Of a stretch of DNA of 64,000 bases, positions 1 to 12,439 are shown in pieces. This DNA comes from Camelus ferus. Taxonomy: Eukaryota. Below the pieces are notes generated by a model, which made no database searches, was not told where the DNA came from, and was given only the letters and a program-made list of their open reading frames with translations. A program made the translations under genes and the position numbers. Positions within the stretch are counted from its first letter, which is position 1. Every line of letters begins with the position of its first letter. The stretch is taken from contig NC_045697.1 of assembly GCF_009834535.1 (NCBI RefSeq), positions 73,038,001 through 73,102,000 of the forward strand, read 5' to 3'.

Positions 1-1524
1 TCAGCAACCCAAAGCAGCATCATGGACACTGGTTCCTGTAACTCAAGCACTCCTGGTCCTCTGCTATACCACACTAAACCGGACAGATTCTGGCATTACC
101 ATCCCAAGACTCTGCCCTCCCTGTCTTGAAGTGTAACTGTCTTCTTCCCATGATGCAATTCCTTCATCACTCCCCAGTCTCCACCACTGTGACCAGATGC
201 TCTTGCCTTGATGGAAGATTTCTTTTCAAGACTTCTTTTAGAAGTTTGCTGGGAAGACCTTCTCTACCTATTCTCATGCCTTGGACCAGTTAGGAGGACG
301 GGCTGGATGCATGCAGACTGTAAGAGAAGATGGCCTGCATTCTTACAGGCAATGTAGGGACACTGGGAGTTCTGTGTTTCTGTTTTAGGAAGATAACTCT
401 GGTGGCTGTTATCTTTTCTGCCTCAGTACCTCACTCACTAAAAATAAAAACCCCTTAGGTTTAACTTTTTAATTTCAGGCACAGTTGAAGACATATCTGA
501 AGTTGGTACCTCTTAGAAAAGGTTTCTCCTTTAAATATGTAAATGCCACTCAAGGGACAAATTCCCCTGGGGTATCCTATCCCCTTCCTCTCCTCTCAGT
601 GGGCCCACTGGGGTGGCTACAGAAGCCCAAAGAGAGTCAAGCCCATTGCAATCAAACAATAAAGATTTGCAGTGAGTTTAATGCCATTTAAATGAATGAA
701 TAAAAGAGATTTATTAACTTATATGGCTGAGACGTGAATTGTTTGTGAATGAAATCTATAGAGAAAAATGGGAATAGGAGCTAGCGTGCAAAGAATTTCA
801 TGAAGAAAGATGTTGACAGCAACAAAATAAAACTGTTTCAGAATTGATATTAACTGGGTGATTTGAGTATTAATTAGGCAATTTGGGTATTAATTAGATA
901 ATTTGTTTCTGCTGCAGAATCTTATGGACTAGAAATGAACCTATAAAGGTGGTTTTGTGTATGTGTGTGTGAGTATGATACTGGGAATGGTGCCAAATTG
1001 AAGTCCCCAGAAAACTGAAGTCCTCAGTATACCTGGAGAACAGGTTCCATTGTGTTAGCAGAAGCTTTAGCAGTAACATCGATGAATTATACTCAGAATG
1101 ACCTAATGCAGATATCCTCCAGGCTGGACTGTCCTGTTCCGTCCTTCACATCAAGAGGAGAGTTAGTCGGCTTCTGCTTCAAGGAAAGTCAGCTTGAAAT
1201 CCCACGTTACACGGGTATATCATTTCCATGGATTGCTACAATTTGAGAAGATCACTGGAATTCGAGTTAGTCTTACAAGGGTCGAGAATCCTCAGAAGTG
1301 AATTTTAGCACTGTTCATTCAATTTGGTTGACATTGACTGATGAAATAAGTTAGTATTTTTCCAGAACAAAGATTAAAGAACCCTTGTCTTTCTCTCTAG
1401 AAACCAAACTGAAATACTGTAGCATCTACTATAAACTGTGAGGCACTCCAGTGTGGTTTACTCATTCTTCAAGAAAAGTTTATTCTTTATGATTTTACTA
1501 GTTAATACCTGCACATTTAGAATT

Positions 1525-1633
1525 TTTGTTCTGAGAGTAAGGAAGTTGTGTATATTGCCTCATCCCTAATGTTTAAAATGCTACCTTCTATGTAACAGAC
1601 CATCAGTAAATATTAGATGAATACATAAATGAT
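1525..1633 (+). mobile_element. L2 LINE 3' end fragment
   Basis: Ends in an L2-type tail 'catcagtaaatattagatgaatacataaatga'; highly diverged. Confidence 0.55.
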
Positions 1634-1878
1634 GCAAGCAGTAGACCTGCATTCCTGTTGTAACTCCCTACCCCAATTAGAAGGGTTTAAAGTGATGAAG
1701 TTAAATTACTGTGACTGAAAATATTTAAAGTGAAAGATTACCAATTAACGTGGGTAAGGGAAAAAGAAAAAAAAGCAAAAACCAAAACACCCTTGGCTAA
1801 TCAACTCCTTAAGTCCCTGAAGTACCACCAAGGTGGCTTTAGTTGAGTTTGGATGAATAAAGGTTGCCTGTTTGCCAC

Positions 1879-1897
1879 TTGCCAGCAGATGGCCTAA
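1879..1897 (+). promoter_or_regulatory. Candidate CTCF site
   Basis: TTGCCAGCAGATGGCCTAA matches the CTCF core CC(A/G)(C/G)(C/T)AG(A/G)(G/T)GGC in non-repeat sequence. Confidence 0.45.
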
Positions 1898-3387
1898 TTA
1901 TTCCATTGTTCACCGGACATCAGAACTCCTCTGTATACAGGAAAAGCAGTTGATGAGGAGTAAATTTCCCCTTGATATTTTTTAAAATGGAGGTCATGTT
2001 TTAGTATACTTCTTATTTTTTGCTGGATTAAACAATTGATTAGAGATGCTAATTTTAACATAGCCCAGTCTAATCAATGAGGGAAGTGTATACTGCTTTT
2101 CATATATGCTAAATCACCTAGGAAGGTCTGTAAAGGTGACATGCGAATATCATTGCCTCACGGATAAGTGGATTCATTAGCATCCATGAGTAATGAGGCT
2201 CTTTATTTTCCTCTAGGCGGTCTTTGCAAGTTATTAAAAACATTCCATTTAGACAACTTTACCAACTTTTCTGAAAATCAGTGTATAAGCACTGTTGATG
2301 TTCAAACTCAGTTTACCTGCAACAAACTTCCTCAGAGTTCTGAGGCTGTTTACAGGTTATATAATTTGTTTATAAGGGGAAAGTGCTTTTTTAATCTAAA
2401 AAGTATGTTGAATTTTTTTCCTTATGGGTAAATATGAAAGAGATACTATGTTTGATGAAAACAAGAGCAACAGGTAGACGGGGCAATTAGTAGTCAAATA
2501 TAATGTCCTGTTTGATATTTTACTTTATTAACTCTACCTATTTAAAATATATCATTCCACTAGACCTACTATTACTTAATAAAAATGTTTCAAAAGAAAA
2601 TGAAAAGGAGATAGAGATGAGTTAATCGTCTTTATCCTTGTGACTTCATTGCCTTTCATTGGTGGTTTCACCAAACCTTGAAAGAAGAAAACCAAACCTC
2701 ATGAAATCAATATCAAATCATGATATTGAATGGGTATTGTCTTAGTCCTTAGAAAAGAAAGTCAGTTTTGTTTCCCAGTGGAACTGTTACTGCCTTTTTT
2801 TTTTTTTTTGATAGTTTACAGTATTGTTTTATTTTCTGCTAAGGAAATCATTGGAAAATTATTTCTTGTTAAACATAAATGAGGTATAAATACAGATATG
2901 CACATTTTAATTAATAATCAGAATATTTAAAAACAATTTGAAAAACTTAGACTTCTTAATAGAAAGTTCAAAAATTCCAGAAGATTCTGGAAAGATGTTT
3001 GGTGTTGTCAAGCTAATTTTTTTTAACAACATAAAATAAATGATTTAACTCAGAGTTTCAGCTCAACAAGGTGTCTGCACAGTTTTGTTAATTAAAATTT
3101 TTTTTTCTTAGAAAGTTTCTCAAATGTGCCCTAGAGGCTTTAGACATTAGTACCATTTAACAAAAAATATTAGCACTTTCATATTCTTAGCATTTGGATT
3201 CTTGTTGCTTTCAAGATTTCATCTATGCCCTATTCACTTATTATAAACAAAGAAAAATGTAGATACTTTACAAAGAATCTTATTATTTTATCTATATCTT
3301 CTAATTTTTTAAATAATTAAAAAGTAATGATAAAATATGGTTTGGATAATTTTTATATATGAAAGAGGTGGTTAGATTGTTTTACCA

Positions 3388-3485
3388 TTTCCTTATTTGT
3401 TGATTGATTATATGTTATATTCTATGTATTTTCTCTCTCTGTATATATGTAGATTACATATAAAATCAATCAACAAATAAGGAAA
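3388..3485. repeat. Perfect 22-bp inverted repeat with 54-nt spacer
   Basis: tttccttatttgttgattgatt (3388-3409) is the exact reverse complement of aatcaatcaacaaataaggaaa (3464-3485). Confidence 0.95.
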
Positions 3486-4355
3486 GGGGTACAACATGAG
3501 ATTATATGTATTCTCTATATAATATACAGTGAATATGTTATATAGACTATTCTATAGAATATATTTGTATACATGTATAGAATAGAATATTTATGTATAT
3601 ATACAGGTATAGAATAGAATATTTCTATCCTCCTTCCATCTATTCATTCAAGGGGAAAGCATAGGTGGGGCCAGTGTGGGGGCCAGCATGCTCACAGGAG
3701 CGCCTTGCTGGTGGCCAGCTGTGCCTGGTGGGTGTTGGAACCTCTGCCGGGACCATCAATCCCATGATGCTTTGCTCCACTGAACAATGGTCTCCTTTCT
3801 TTCACCAGTCACACTTAACTACACCTTCCTAGAGAGGAGGAATGTGCCTGACACTGGCTTTGTCATGCCTGTGAGGCAGCAGGGAAGTCACAGAAAACAA
3901 AGCCAAGTCTCCCAACTGGCCACTGATGCCCTTTCCTTCTTTGAAAAGTGACTTTTGGAAATCTAGGCACAGCTGAGGCTGCCTCGTTACCTCTTTCCTC
4001 ATTGTCTTCTTTGAGAGAGCTGGTTAAAGAAAACCAAAATAAATATGTATTTAAAATTTTTTTAATTAAAAAAGTTTTTAAATTTTGAGTTTTTTTTTTT
4101 TTTAATATTGACAAATGCTTTATGTTTATTAGTGCTTAGGCCAACAGGTAAATAATGAACTATAAGACAGATCAGAGCCAGAAAAGGGCCAGAGTATATG
4201 GAAGGGTAAGATCACTTCCAGTTTGGGAGATGAGTGAAAGGTCCAGGAAAGATTCACAGCCCCAGCATTTGAGGCAGGCCTTGATGGATAAAAAGCATTT
4301 GCCTTACACTTAGTTGGAGCTTAGGTAATTTACTTACTTATTTTACGATGCATTG

Positions 4356-4383
<28 letters not shown>
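4356..4383. repeat. (GT)n microsatellite, about 14 units
   Basis: Direct reading. Confidence 0.95.
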
Positions 4384-4386
<3 letters not shown>

Positions 4387-4419
4387 CAGAGAGAGAAACA
4401 GAGAGGCTTAACCTACTAG

Positions 4420-4540
4420 AGGCCAAGTATTGTTCTAGACACAACAGTGACCAGAAGAGATTAAAATTTCTGCCCTTAAGGATTTATATTCTGGTAGAAG
4501 GGGAGGTAGATAATAAAAGCATAAATATATGCTACAAAAT
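4420..4540 (-). mobile_element. L2 fragment
   Basis: 'tattgttctagac...ctgcccttaaggatttatattctggtagaagggg' resembles the reverse of the L2 3' region. Confidence 0.55.
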
Positions 4541-4564
4541 GGTAAGCAAGAAAGTAAAACAAAT

Positions 4565-4735
4565 GATCTGGCTCTATTGTTACTAGCTAGATGACATTGG
4601 TCGAGGAACTTACTCTCTCTAATGCACATTTTCTGCATTAAAAATGGGCCTAATGCTTACTACAAATGGATATCATAAAAAGCAAATGAGATAATGAATA
4701 TAAAGTGGTTATCAAGTGCTTGGTGTATGGTCATA
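4565..4735 (+). mobile_element. MIR SINE
   Basis: Degenerate MIR core 'ttttctgcattaaaaatggg...aaatgagataatgaatataaagtg...agtgcttgg'. Confidence 0.7.
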
Positions 4736-5200
4736 TTTAGATTAAAATTGCAATAATAATTTAAATTATCAATATCTAGAAAATTCTATTTAATTAGGGA
4801 GGTAGCATATAAGTTTCCAAAACACAGATTGATGGCTAGAGTGTTGAAGGAGAAGAAATGGTAAAGATTGATTTCATTTAGAGGATTCATGGATGTGTGG
4901 GTATAAACTGATTTTACAAAGTTTCTTTGAGGAAGACATTTAAAAAATCATGGGTAAGAAGGAATTATACAAATGGAAAAGGAAAGGACAGGCAGGCGAC
5001 ATCCAGTCCTAGGTACTACCAACTCTTGATACATTTATTGATTTAAAAAGGCACCTCCAGAGGCAAGTGTGTCATCCAAAGAGATGCTAAAATAAAAGCT
5101 GGAAACAGAGTTACTAATTCCAGAGAAAGGAGAACGAAGACCAGACAAAGTCTAAGACCAAGCAACAAATATACATCTGCCTCTATCTGTGAAGAGAACA

Positions 5201-5445
5201 AGGGGTCGGGGGAGGGATAAATTGGGAGTTGGGGATTTGCAGATACTAACTACTGTATATAAAACAGATAAATAACAAGGTTCTACTGGTTAGCACAGGG
5301 GACTGCATTCAATATCTTGTAATAACCTATGGTGAAAAAGAACATGAAAAGGAATATATACCTGTATAACTGAATCACTATGCTGTATGCCAGACATTAA
5401 CACAACATCGTAAACCTACTCTACTTCAATTAAAAACAAAGAAAA
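5201..5445 (+). mobile_element. 5'-truncated L1 (3' UTR) of cetartiodactyl type
   Basis: 'gggagggataaattgggagttggggatttgcagatac...tagcacaggggactgcattcaatatcttgtaataacctat...ctacttcaattaaaaa' followed by an A-rich tail. Confidence 0.9.
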
Positions 5446-6574
5446 GAATATTCCAGTTGCCAGGGAAAGCTAAGCATGGAAACCCCAGTAGGATAGTAGC
5501 CGACGGCAGGTGCTCTGTTGATGAGAAGCCCTACTCCAGGTTCCAGGCTGTGGGCAGTTACTGTTCTCCAGTCTCTGAGAGCAAATCAGCAAGGGCTATA
5601 TTAGGCTCTAGCTGTAGATGGTGACTGTGGTACCCAGAAAGTCACCAGAACACAGTCATGTATTTTTAAAGAGGTAAACACAGTGTACCCAAGCTCAGTT
5701 AGAAGAAGTAACACGTGGAGAACGGGAAGGGAGATAGAAAGTAGAAGAGCAGACTGAGGCCAAGATTCAGAACCAAAGCCAGAGTTTATTTTTCGTTATT
5801 GAGTCCTTGGTTAGCTTTGGAGTATCTGAGGATTTTTGAGGGAGAATTTGGCCTCTTTTCCTAGAATTATTCCTGGGAGTCTAAGCCAGGATAATTATTA
5901 CATTGGGGGCCACTGGTTTTCACCGTGTGGAGGCAGAAAGAGGAGGCAGAGAGCAATGTTGAACAAACTTTCAGATGGAAGAATGAACAAGCAGGGTATG
6001 GATACGTTGTCAGAAAAATTTGACATTTGAGGGTAACTGCTTCAAACAATATACTACTAAAGGGAATTCCTAAGTGAATAAATTGATCTAATAATTTTTA
6101 AATCCCTACTTTCTTCTCTATATAAAAGAGGACAGTAACCAAACTGTTGACCATCTTTGCCATCGGTTTCCAAATGCCTGCCTTCTGTCTTCAGAGGGCC
6201 CCCACCGCGCAGCATAAGAGATTTGTGGAAGAAGATACAAATTTGGCCTTAAGACTAACATATATTTCCTATTATATTCTAAAATGTCAAATTTCTTTAA
6301 ATCTAGGGGAGAGAAAATAAAAAGCAGGTGTTTTAGACAATATTTTTCTAATAAGTGTTTGAAGGACATTAATATCTACATTCTATGATAACTGTACGTG
6401 AGCAAATACATTAAACCAGATACTTCCTGCCAGAGCCACTGTTGTATTCCTTCTCTATGATGTGTATACTAATATTTATAATGAATCAAAGTATAAAGCA
6501 GTTTAAGTATTCATGCAATTAGCAAATTTGTCTTAATGTAGAAGTTTAAAAATACACAGTACGTAAACATAGTT

Positions 6575-6810
6575 TTAGTCAACCATCAACTATTTGTTGG
6601 AAATTTCTTTGGCTAGCACTAGGGGGAAATGCTAAAAATGTAAGACAAAGTTTAGTCTTTATCCTTGGATGTCTTATAGCCTCTTGAGGGAAAAAAACGT
6701 GTCACGGACAGATGCATGCACATGTACACACATGTAAATGGAAGACAGTATATAATTTAATGCTGTGGGAGTTTAAAGAAATGAATGATGACTCCGCACA
6801 GGAAAGAAGT
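6575..6810 (-). mobile_element. L2 3' fragment
   Basis: 'catcaactatttgttgg...taagacaaag...ccttggatgtcttatagcct' resembles the reversed L2 tail. Confidence 0.5.
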
Positions 6811-7416
6811 AGTCTTTAAACACACAAAAACATATAAACACACACACATATATAAATATGTATATTTTAATTTCCACTCTCTTGCCCGTTGCTACTGGCA
6901 CTTAATCCCACTCTTCTGAAACTAAGAGCAGCAGACATGATGGAGTGACAGACATTAGAGGATACAGGAAGAGACAAGAGACTTCCCTGAACTCCACAAA
7001 CAAAAATATAAAAGACAGAACATCACTGCCTAGACATTTTAGTGGGTGTCTGAATATTTAGCCAACTATGTGTGCAGTTAAATGCATCCATACATTGCAT
7101 TATTGCACCCTGTAAACACAAATACACACACTCACACTTATAACACCCATGCACACAACCAGTATATGGTATACATATTCTGGCACTTGAACTAGTATCT
7201 ATTTCGTCTGATGTTTATGTTTATTACATTTACAAATGCTCTACATAATTTCTAAATTCTACATATAATGTTTTATAGAATTTATTTTATTGTGAATCTA
7301 TTAAATTATATCCAAATTTTATATAAATTACACATATGCTTATTAAGCTACATAGAGATATATATGGGGCATTAGTCTATCAAAAGTAAAATTCCATTCT
7401 TTGCCCAAAGGATGCT

Positions 7417-7418
<2 letters not shown>

Positions 7419-7448
<30 letters not shown>
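7419..7448. repeat. (AC)15 microsatellite
   Basis: Direct reading. Confidence 0.95.
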
Positions 7449-7450
<2 letters not shown>

Positions 7451-7639
7451 TCTTAAAGTTTCTTCTTACTTATTAACCCTCAGCCATTTGCCCTAGTCTC
7501 TCGCAATTCACTAGGCTTCAACAAAGGCACTAAGTGCTTTCCAGAACGTAGATTTAAATGAGGCCCCTGCCCAGTGGGCTTACAACCTAATTAGGCAGAG
7601 ACGGTTGACCAACATATGCCCGCAGACTACAGTTGGCCA

Positions 7640-7960
7640 CTTATTTATTCTCTAATTAACATAAAGCAGCGGGGCCGCATCTCCGCCTGTGCTCAGCGAG
7701 CAGGAGAGCGGCTGTGTGTGCTGTAGACTCTGCGTGAGATGAGACGGCTTCTTTCTGCGGGCTTTCCAGCATGTGTCCTCTTCTCCTCGCTCATCTCCGT
7801 AATTAATATTCCTGTGCGTGTCTTGCTGTGCCTGTATGTCCAAGCAAACAGACCCTCCTGGCACGGCAGAACCGTTTAGTTCAGACGTCTTGATGATCAA
7901 CACAGGTCACCGCAGGGTTGACTTGACTGTTGCACAGGCAACTCGATGGAGAAGACAGGA
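7640..7960. promoter_or_regulatory. CpG-enriched non-repeat segment, candidate regulatory element
   Basis: Roughly 17 CpGs in ~300 bp against a CpG-poor background, with TAATTA and FOX-like (AAGCAAACA) motifs. Confidence 0.4.
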
Positions 7961-10269
7961 CAGGGTCAGCCCAATGTGCTTACCCCATGCTTTGGTTTAG
8001 CCAAACAAGGAAGTTTTTCACCTGAAAGCATTAGATTGTCGAAGTGTAGTGGCTTCTTTCTGCTGTTTCTTCTGCTCTTTCTAAGTCTTATTGCAGTCTC
8101 TTTAAGTTTTGAAAATTCTCCCTCCCTTGGTGTGTTCCATGTGATTCTTAAGAAAAAAACATTTGACGTGACATAAAACAAATAGAATGCCACTCTATTT
8201 TTAAAAATTATGTGCTAGAATATTATGATGAGAGAACGATAAGCCCCAGACCAATTAGATAAAGTTTGAGAAGAAGTTGGTACCTGAAATGCATGTCAAG
8301 AGCTCACAAGTATTTGCTGGATGAAAGCCTTCACGAAGGTGGTGTGATTTTACTAATCATAATTGTTTGTCCAGAAAGAAAATGCAAGCAAGAAAATCGC
8401 ATTTTTTTCCGTAACTCTGCGGATATGTTTGATGGTGGTAAAAGGCAAAGCTAATTTGTTTTTAGGTTATGGGCACAAAGTAATGGCAGTTACCACCCAC
8501 CTAATGCTTTCTTTAAAATTCTGTGTAATGCTCTTGACCTAATAGTAATCCTGATTTATATCTTCTAAGAATAAAAACCTTCACAGCTTTACAGCTATGA
8601 ATTTTTTACCCTGTGGTTTTCAGTCTGGCGTTGGAAAAGCTGATCTTCTCCTCCTCTTCCTTCTCTTGGTGGGGGAAGGAAGTATTTTTTTTTTCTTATT
8701 TTAATGTATTGAAAAAATGGTATAGACATTGGAGAATGTGATTTCGTATAATATTATTCTTTCCTTGTATTTCCTTACATTTTTTAACTCACGACTGCCA
8801 TTGGATAATTAATAACATTATTTGTTTTGAAATGTTTCTCAAATGAACTTGAAAATAATACAGCAGATGTTTGAACTAGTAGGAATTTAATACTTATATA
8901 AACACTTCTTATATTTTCTTATAGATTGTGTGTCTCTGGGCTTGCTGCTATGTTGCTGAAGTAAAGAAATATAGGCAATCCCATAGAAAGTATTTTCTTT
9001 ACAAGCTAAGAACAGAAGGCCTGAGTCAAAATATAAAAAAAAAATCCAAATTTTAGATTTTTAAAATTATATAACTGTTACTATAACTGCTTCTAAACAG
9101 AGTCCCAGAAATACCAGTATTATTAATTTTTAATGATAGAGTTGGGACAGACTAGTCACATTTTAGAGTTTAGGTGTTCATCTGATACATGTCTTTGATC
9201 TCAAACATCTTGTGCTTTAGAAATAAACGGTCATTTTAGTCTTTTTGAATCAAATTGCTGCTTCAGTTCGTTTTTGTTTAATGCATGTGTGAACATGCTC
9301 ACCATTGTGCAAATAAAACCCAAATTGAAAGGGATATCTAACATTAATGTGGTTTTACTTATTTCTATTTAAAATTCTATATCTGGAATTTGAAACCATG
9401 CAATTTTTTTGTGGGTTTCTTTTCATTTGTTTTTATTCATTTTTTTCCTCTCTCTTCTCCCGTCTTCCATTTTCTTCATGGAAATTTCATGCAGCAAAAC
9501 AGGAAATTCCATCCAAGTTGATCTAACCTTAGGGCCTCCTCCAAGCATGCTGGAGAATCAGTTCTCTGTCACCTCTGAGAATAGAATTCATTTTGGATTC
9601 TTGTATTACCTGCCTCTGGTACTTGGGCACTTACTTGCAGACTGACTGAGTTATTTTAACTTTGCTGTGATGTAAATGCCCTTTATTGCACAGTTTCTAA
9701 CTTAGTCTTTTTAAACCAAGATTAAATTGTAATAGTTCAAGGTATAGTGCCCCCTCCCACATTATGAAGTACTTAACTAAAAATTTCAAAGTGAAAGTAA
9801 TAAATCAAAACTAGGAAGACATTCTAATGTTGTGATTCTTGAAGTTCAAGTTCTAAAGTATTTTCACTTATCCAAATACATTTCCTTAAGAAATACAGTT
9901 ATTTGCAAATGGTTGCAACTCTAAGCAAATCAGCACAATAAAAATGTAATAGTTTTGTCAGAATTTGTAAGAGTTAGTTGTTTTGATGGTTCTTAATAGG
10001 TAGAACTAGCATTTCTGGGCTCCAGCCAGTTGACCATCTGTCTAGGTAGTCCATGGAGAATCAGAACAACTGAACTTTTGGCACATCCAATTACATTGAG
10101 CAACGACCAACCCTGTTTTAGGTTATAACAGAAGAAAGCATTTCCAAAAGATTTGGTTAATTGATTTAATGCTGAGAATTTTGGGAATCTGGCAACAGTC
10201 ACAGGAGCATTTCTGTGAGCCATAGTGAGCTGAATCCATCAAAATGTAAATTAATCAGATTAGCACCAT

Positions 10270-11310
10270 TCTTGTAGGTGCTTTGCTGGACATTCTGAGG
10301 AATACAGTGATAACATAATTCTTGTCTTCTGTTGCATACAAAATATTATGTGAAATAAGATTTGGACTGTACCTGTCTCTAAAGGAAGGCAGCCAGTAAT
10401 TTAAAAAAAAAAATGACGTTTGTGTTGGAGTCCTGGGAGGGAGAAACTACTCTCAAGTGGAGATCAGGAAGCAGAGCGTCATTTGCGTTGTCTCAGATAC
10501 AGACATGCCTTTGAGAAACGAAGTTAGACTTGAAGCTTGTTTACCAGACTGAGGGACAGGTTGAGTGAAAACAGTGAAGTGAGTTAGGAATTAGAGAGGA
10601 CTGAGATTAACCTGAGAGTCAGACTGGGGCCAAATGAAATAGAATCTTTTGCATCATCTTTAGAAGTTTAGATTGATGCCATGGACAGCCAATAAGGAAT
10701 TCTGAGCAGAAAAGTCATGACGTTGTGGTAGAATATAATACACAGGAAAAAGCATAGTTAGAAAAATCTGGGCGGAAACTCCTACAATAATACAAAATAG
10801 AGGAAACAGTGCCTTCACTAGGGCAAGTGAAGAGGGAAACAAAAGGGGGACTGCGTCAAGAGATGAAGCTAAGATAGACGTGAAATAAATCACTTGGGTT
10901 TATGTGAAGGGAAAAAAAGGAAGAAATCATGATGATTCTAAGACTTTGAGAAGGAATGGCTGTGTTATACAGTTAAATGAGATCCAGAATTCAGCAAATG
11001 GCACAGGTTTCCAGATTTACATATGGTCATTAAGTTCATGCAAGTGCCTGGAAGAATGAGTAGAATTTTGAAAAGTATCACACTGAAGAGAGAGAGGAAA
11101 GACAGAGAAGAGCCAAGGAAAGAGAAAGGTGAAAGGGAATCACAGGAGAACAGTGAAATAAAGAACATTCATAAGCAAGTGGTCATCAAAATTAATCACC
11201 TTAGAGATATTAAGGAGACGGAGGCCATAAATAATGTCATTGGATTGAGAATACAGAAGGTCACAAGGGAACTTCAGAGGAATAATTGTAGTTGAGTAGG
11301 TGAGTGTGAA
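10270..11310 (-). mobile_element. Fragmented old L2 LINE
   Basis: Purine-rich L2 antisense features such as 'ggggccaaatgaaatagaatctttt...aaggaattctgagcagaaaagtcatgac' and 'cattggattgagaatacagaaggtcacaaggg'. Confidence 0.6.
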
Positions 11311-11439
11311 ACTCATTATATTCACTTTACTTCTAAAAGATACATAGATGGATAGATACATAGATAGATAGGATATAATCATGACCGGAGAAAATGATTG
11401 ACAGCATCTTTTTTGTGGAAGTGGGTAGTCAGTGAAGGC

Positions 11440-11810
11440 AAGATGAACATTAGCATTCTGTTAAATAATGCAAAATAAAGGGAGTGTTTTCAGAGGTTTG
11501 GGTAGTCCTTAAGAAACCAACAAAGAATGTTTACCTGCTTCCCAGACCTAGATCTGAAGAGGAAAAGGAAGGAGCTAGAGTTATGCAGCCATCAGCCGCT
11601 GCAAGAAACAATGCCCCCAGTGGAGGAGGGAAGAAGAAAAGCTGTACTTCTCTCCCTGCAGCCTCCTATACCCTCTTCTTGCCTTCCACTGGCAGAACAA
11701 AATATAAACCTGGCCAGCACCAAGCCCTGACCTTAGGAGTACAGTCCTTGGGAGTCTATCTCTTGGAGCATAAATCAAGGCAGAACCAGTATAGAGTAAG
11801 AATAACCAGG
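11440..11810 (-). mobile_element. Old ERVL/MaLR-class solo LTR fragment (LTR33/MLT1-like)
   Basis: Resembles the reverse complement of the LTR at 25210-25692 ('gtttgggtagtccttaagaaaccaacaa', 'ttgccttccactggcagaac'). The ORF at 11484-11912 is incidental. Confidence 0.5.
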
Positions 11811-12439
11811 ATGAGCATATTCTCAATAGTGAAAGAAGTCCCAGAAGTAAGAGAAGAAACGTGTATGAGAGAAGATAAGAAAATAAATGGAAAAATGTTC
11901 AGGCTAAGATGAAGGCATACATAGAAAATTTAAATTGAAAAGTGCGAAAGAGGAAAGAGAGGCAAAGCAGTTTCAAAGTGGAGAAGTAAACCCAGGGTCT
12001 CATGTTAGATGCCCTTGTCTAGGATGGATATACAGAGTTTGACTTTGCCAACCTAAACGGATAAGGAATGTTACAAAATCACAAATGTTATCAGAATTCA
12101 ACCTTGATTATTTCTGTAACACTTAACTAATACCTTAAAATTAATACTAAATAGTTTACTAAACATTTTTACTATTAAATTTAAAATTATATGTAAAAAA
12201 TAAGTTCACTTAATATCATAATGTTAAATACATATATGTGCATCTACATGTATTTTATATATATGGAAATTAGTGTTATGGTGATTACGATGATCCAGTG
12301 CTTTGTTAATATGTTCTATGCAGTAGTCTAGAAAGAAAAGTTTTCACAATAGCTTTTAAATGTTCTGAACAACCTTAATTTCTGCACAGGCCTGAGCTCC
12401 TCTTTTTGATCTCTGTGTTCATTTATTAGAGCATGCACA

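Noticed and set aside
2168..2431. 87-aa ORF with an acceptor-like site at ~2216
   Set aside because: Peptide not recognised, and the only nearby donor (CAG|GTTATA) is weak
6119..6128. Consensus TATA box TATATAAAAG, followed by an acceptor-like tract at ~6175-6194
   Set aside because: Such motifs are expected by chance in AT-rich DNA; there is no CpG island, good donor or recognisable ORF
7818..8000. Short ORFs over the CpG-rich segment as a coding first exon
   Set aside because: No similarity to a protein I know; open frames are expected in GC-richer DNA
11484..11912. 142-aa ORF
   Set aside because: Lies over an old LTR fragment and has no protein features
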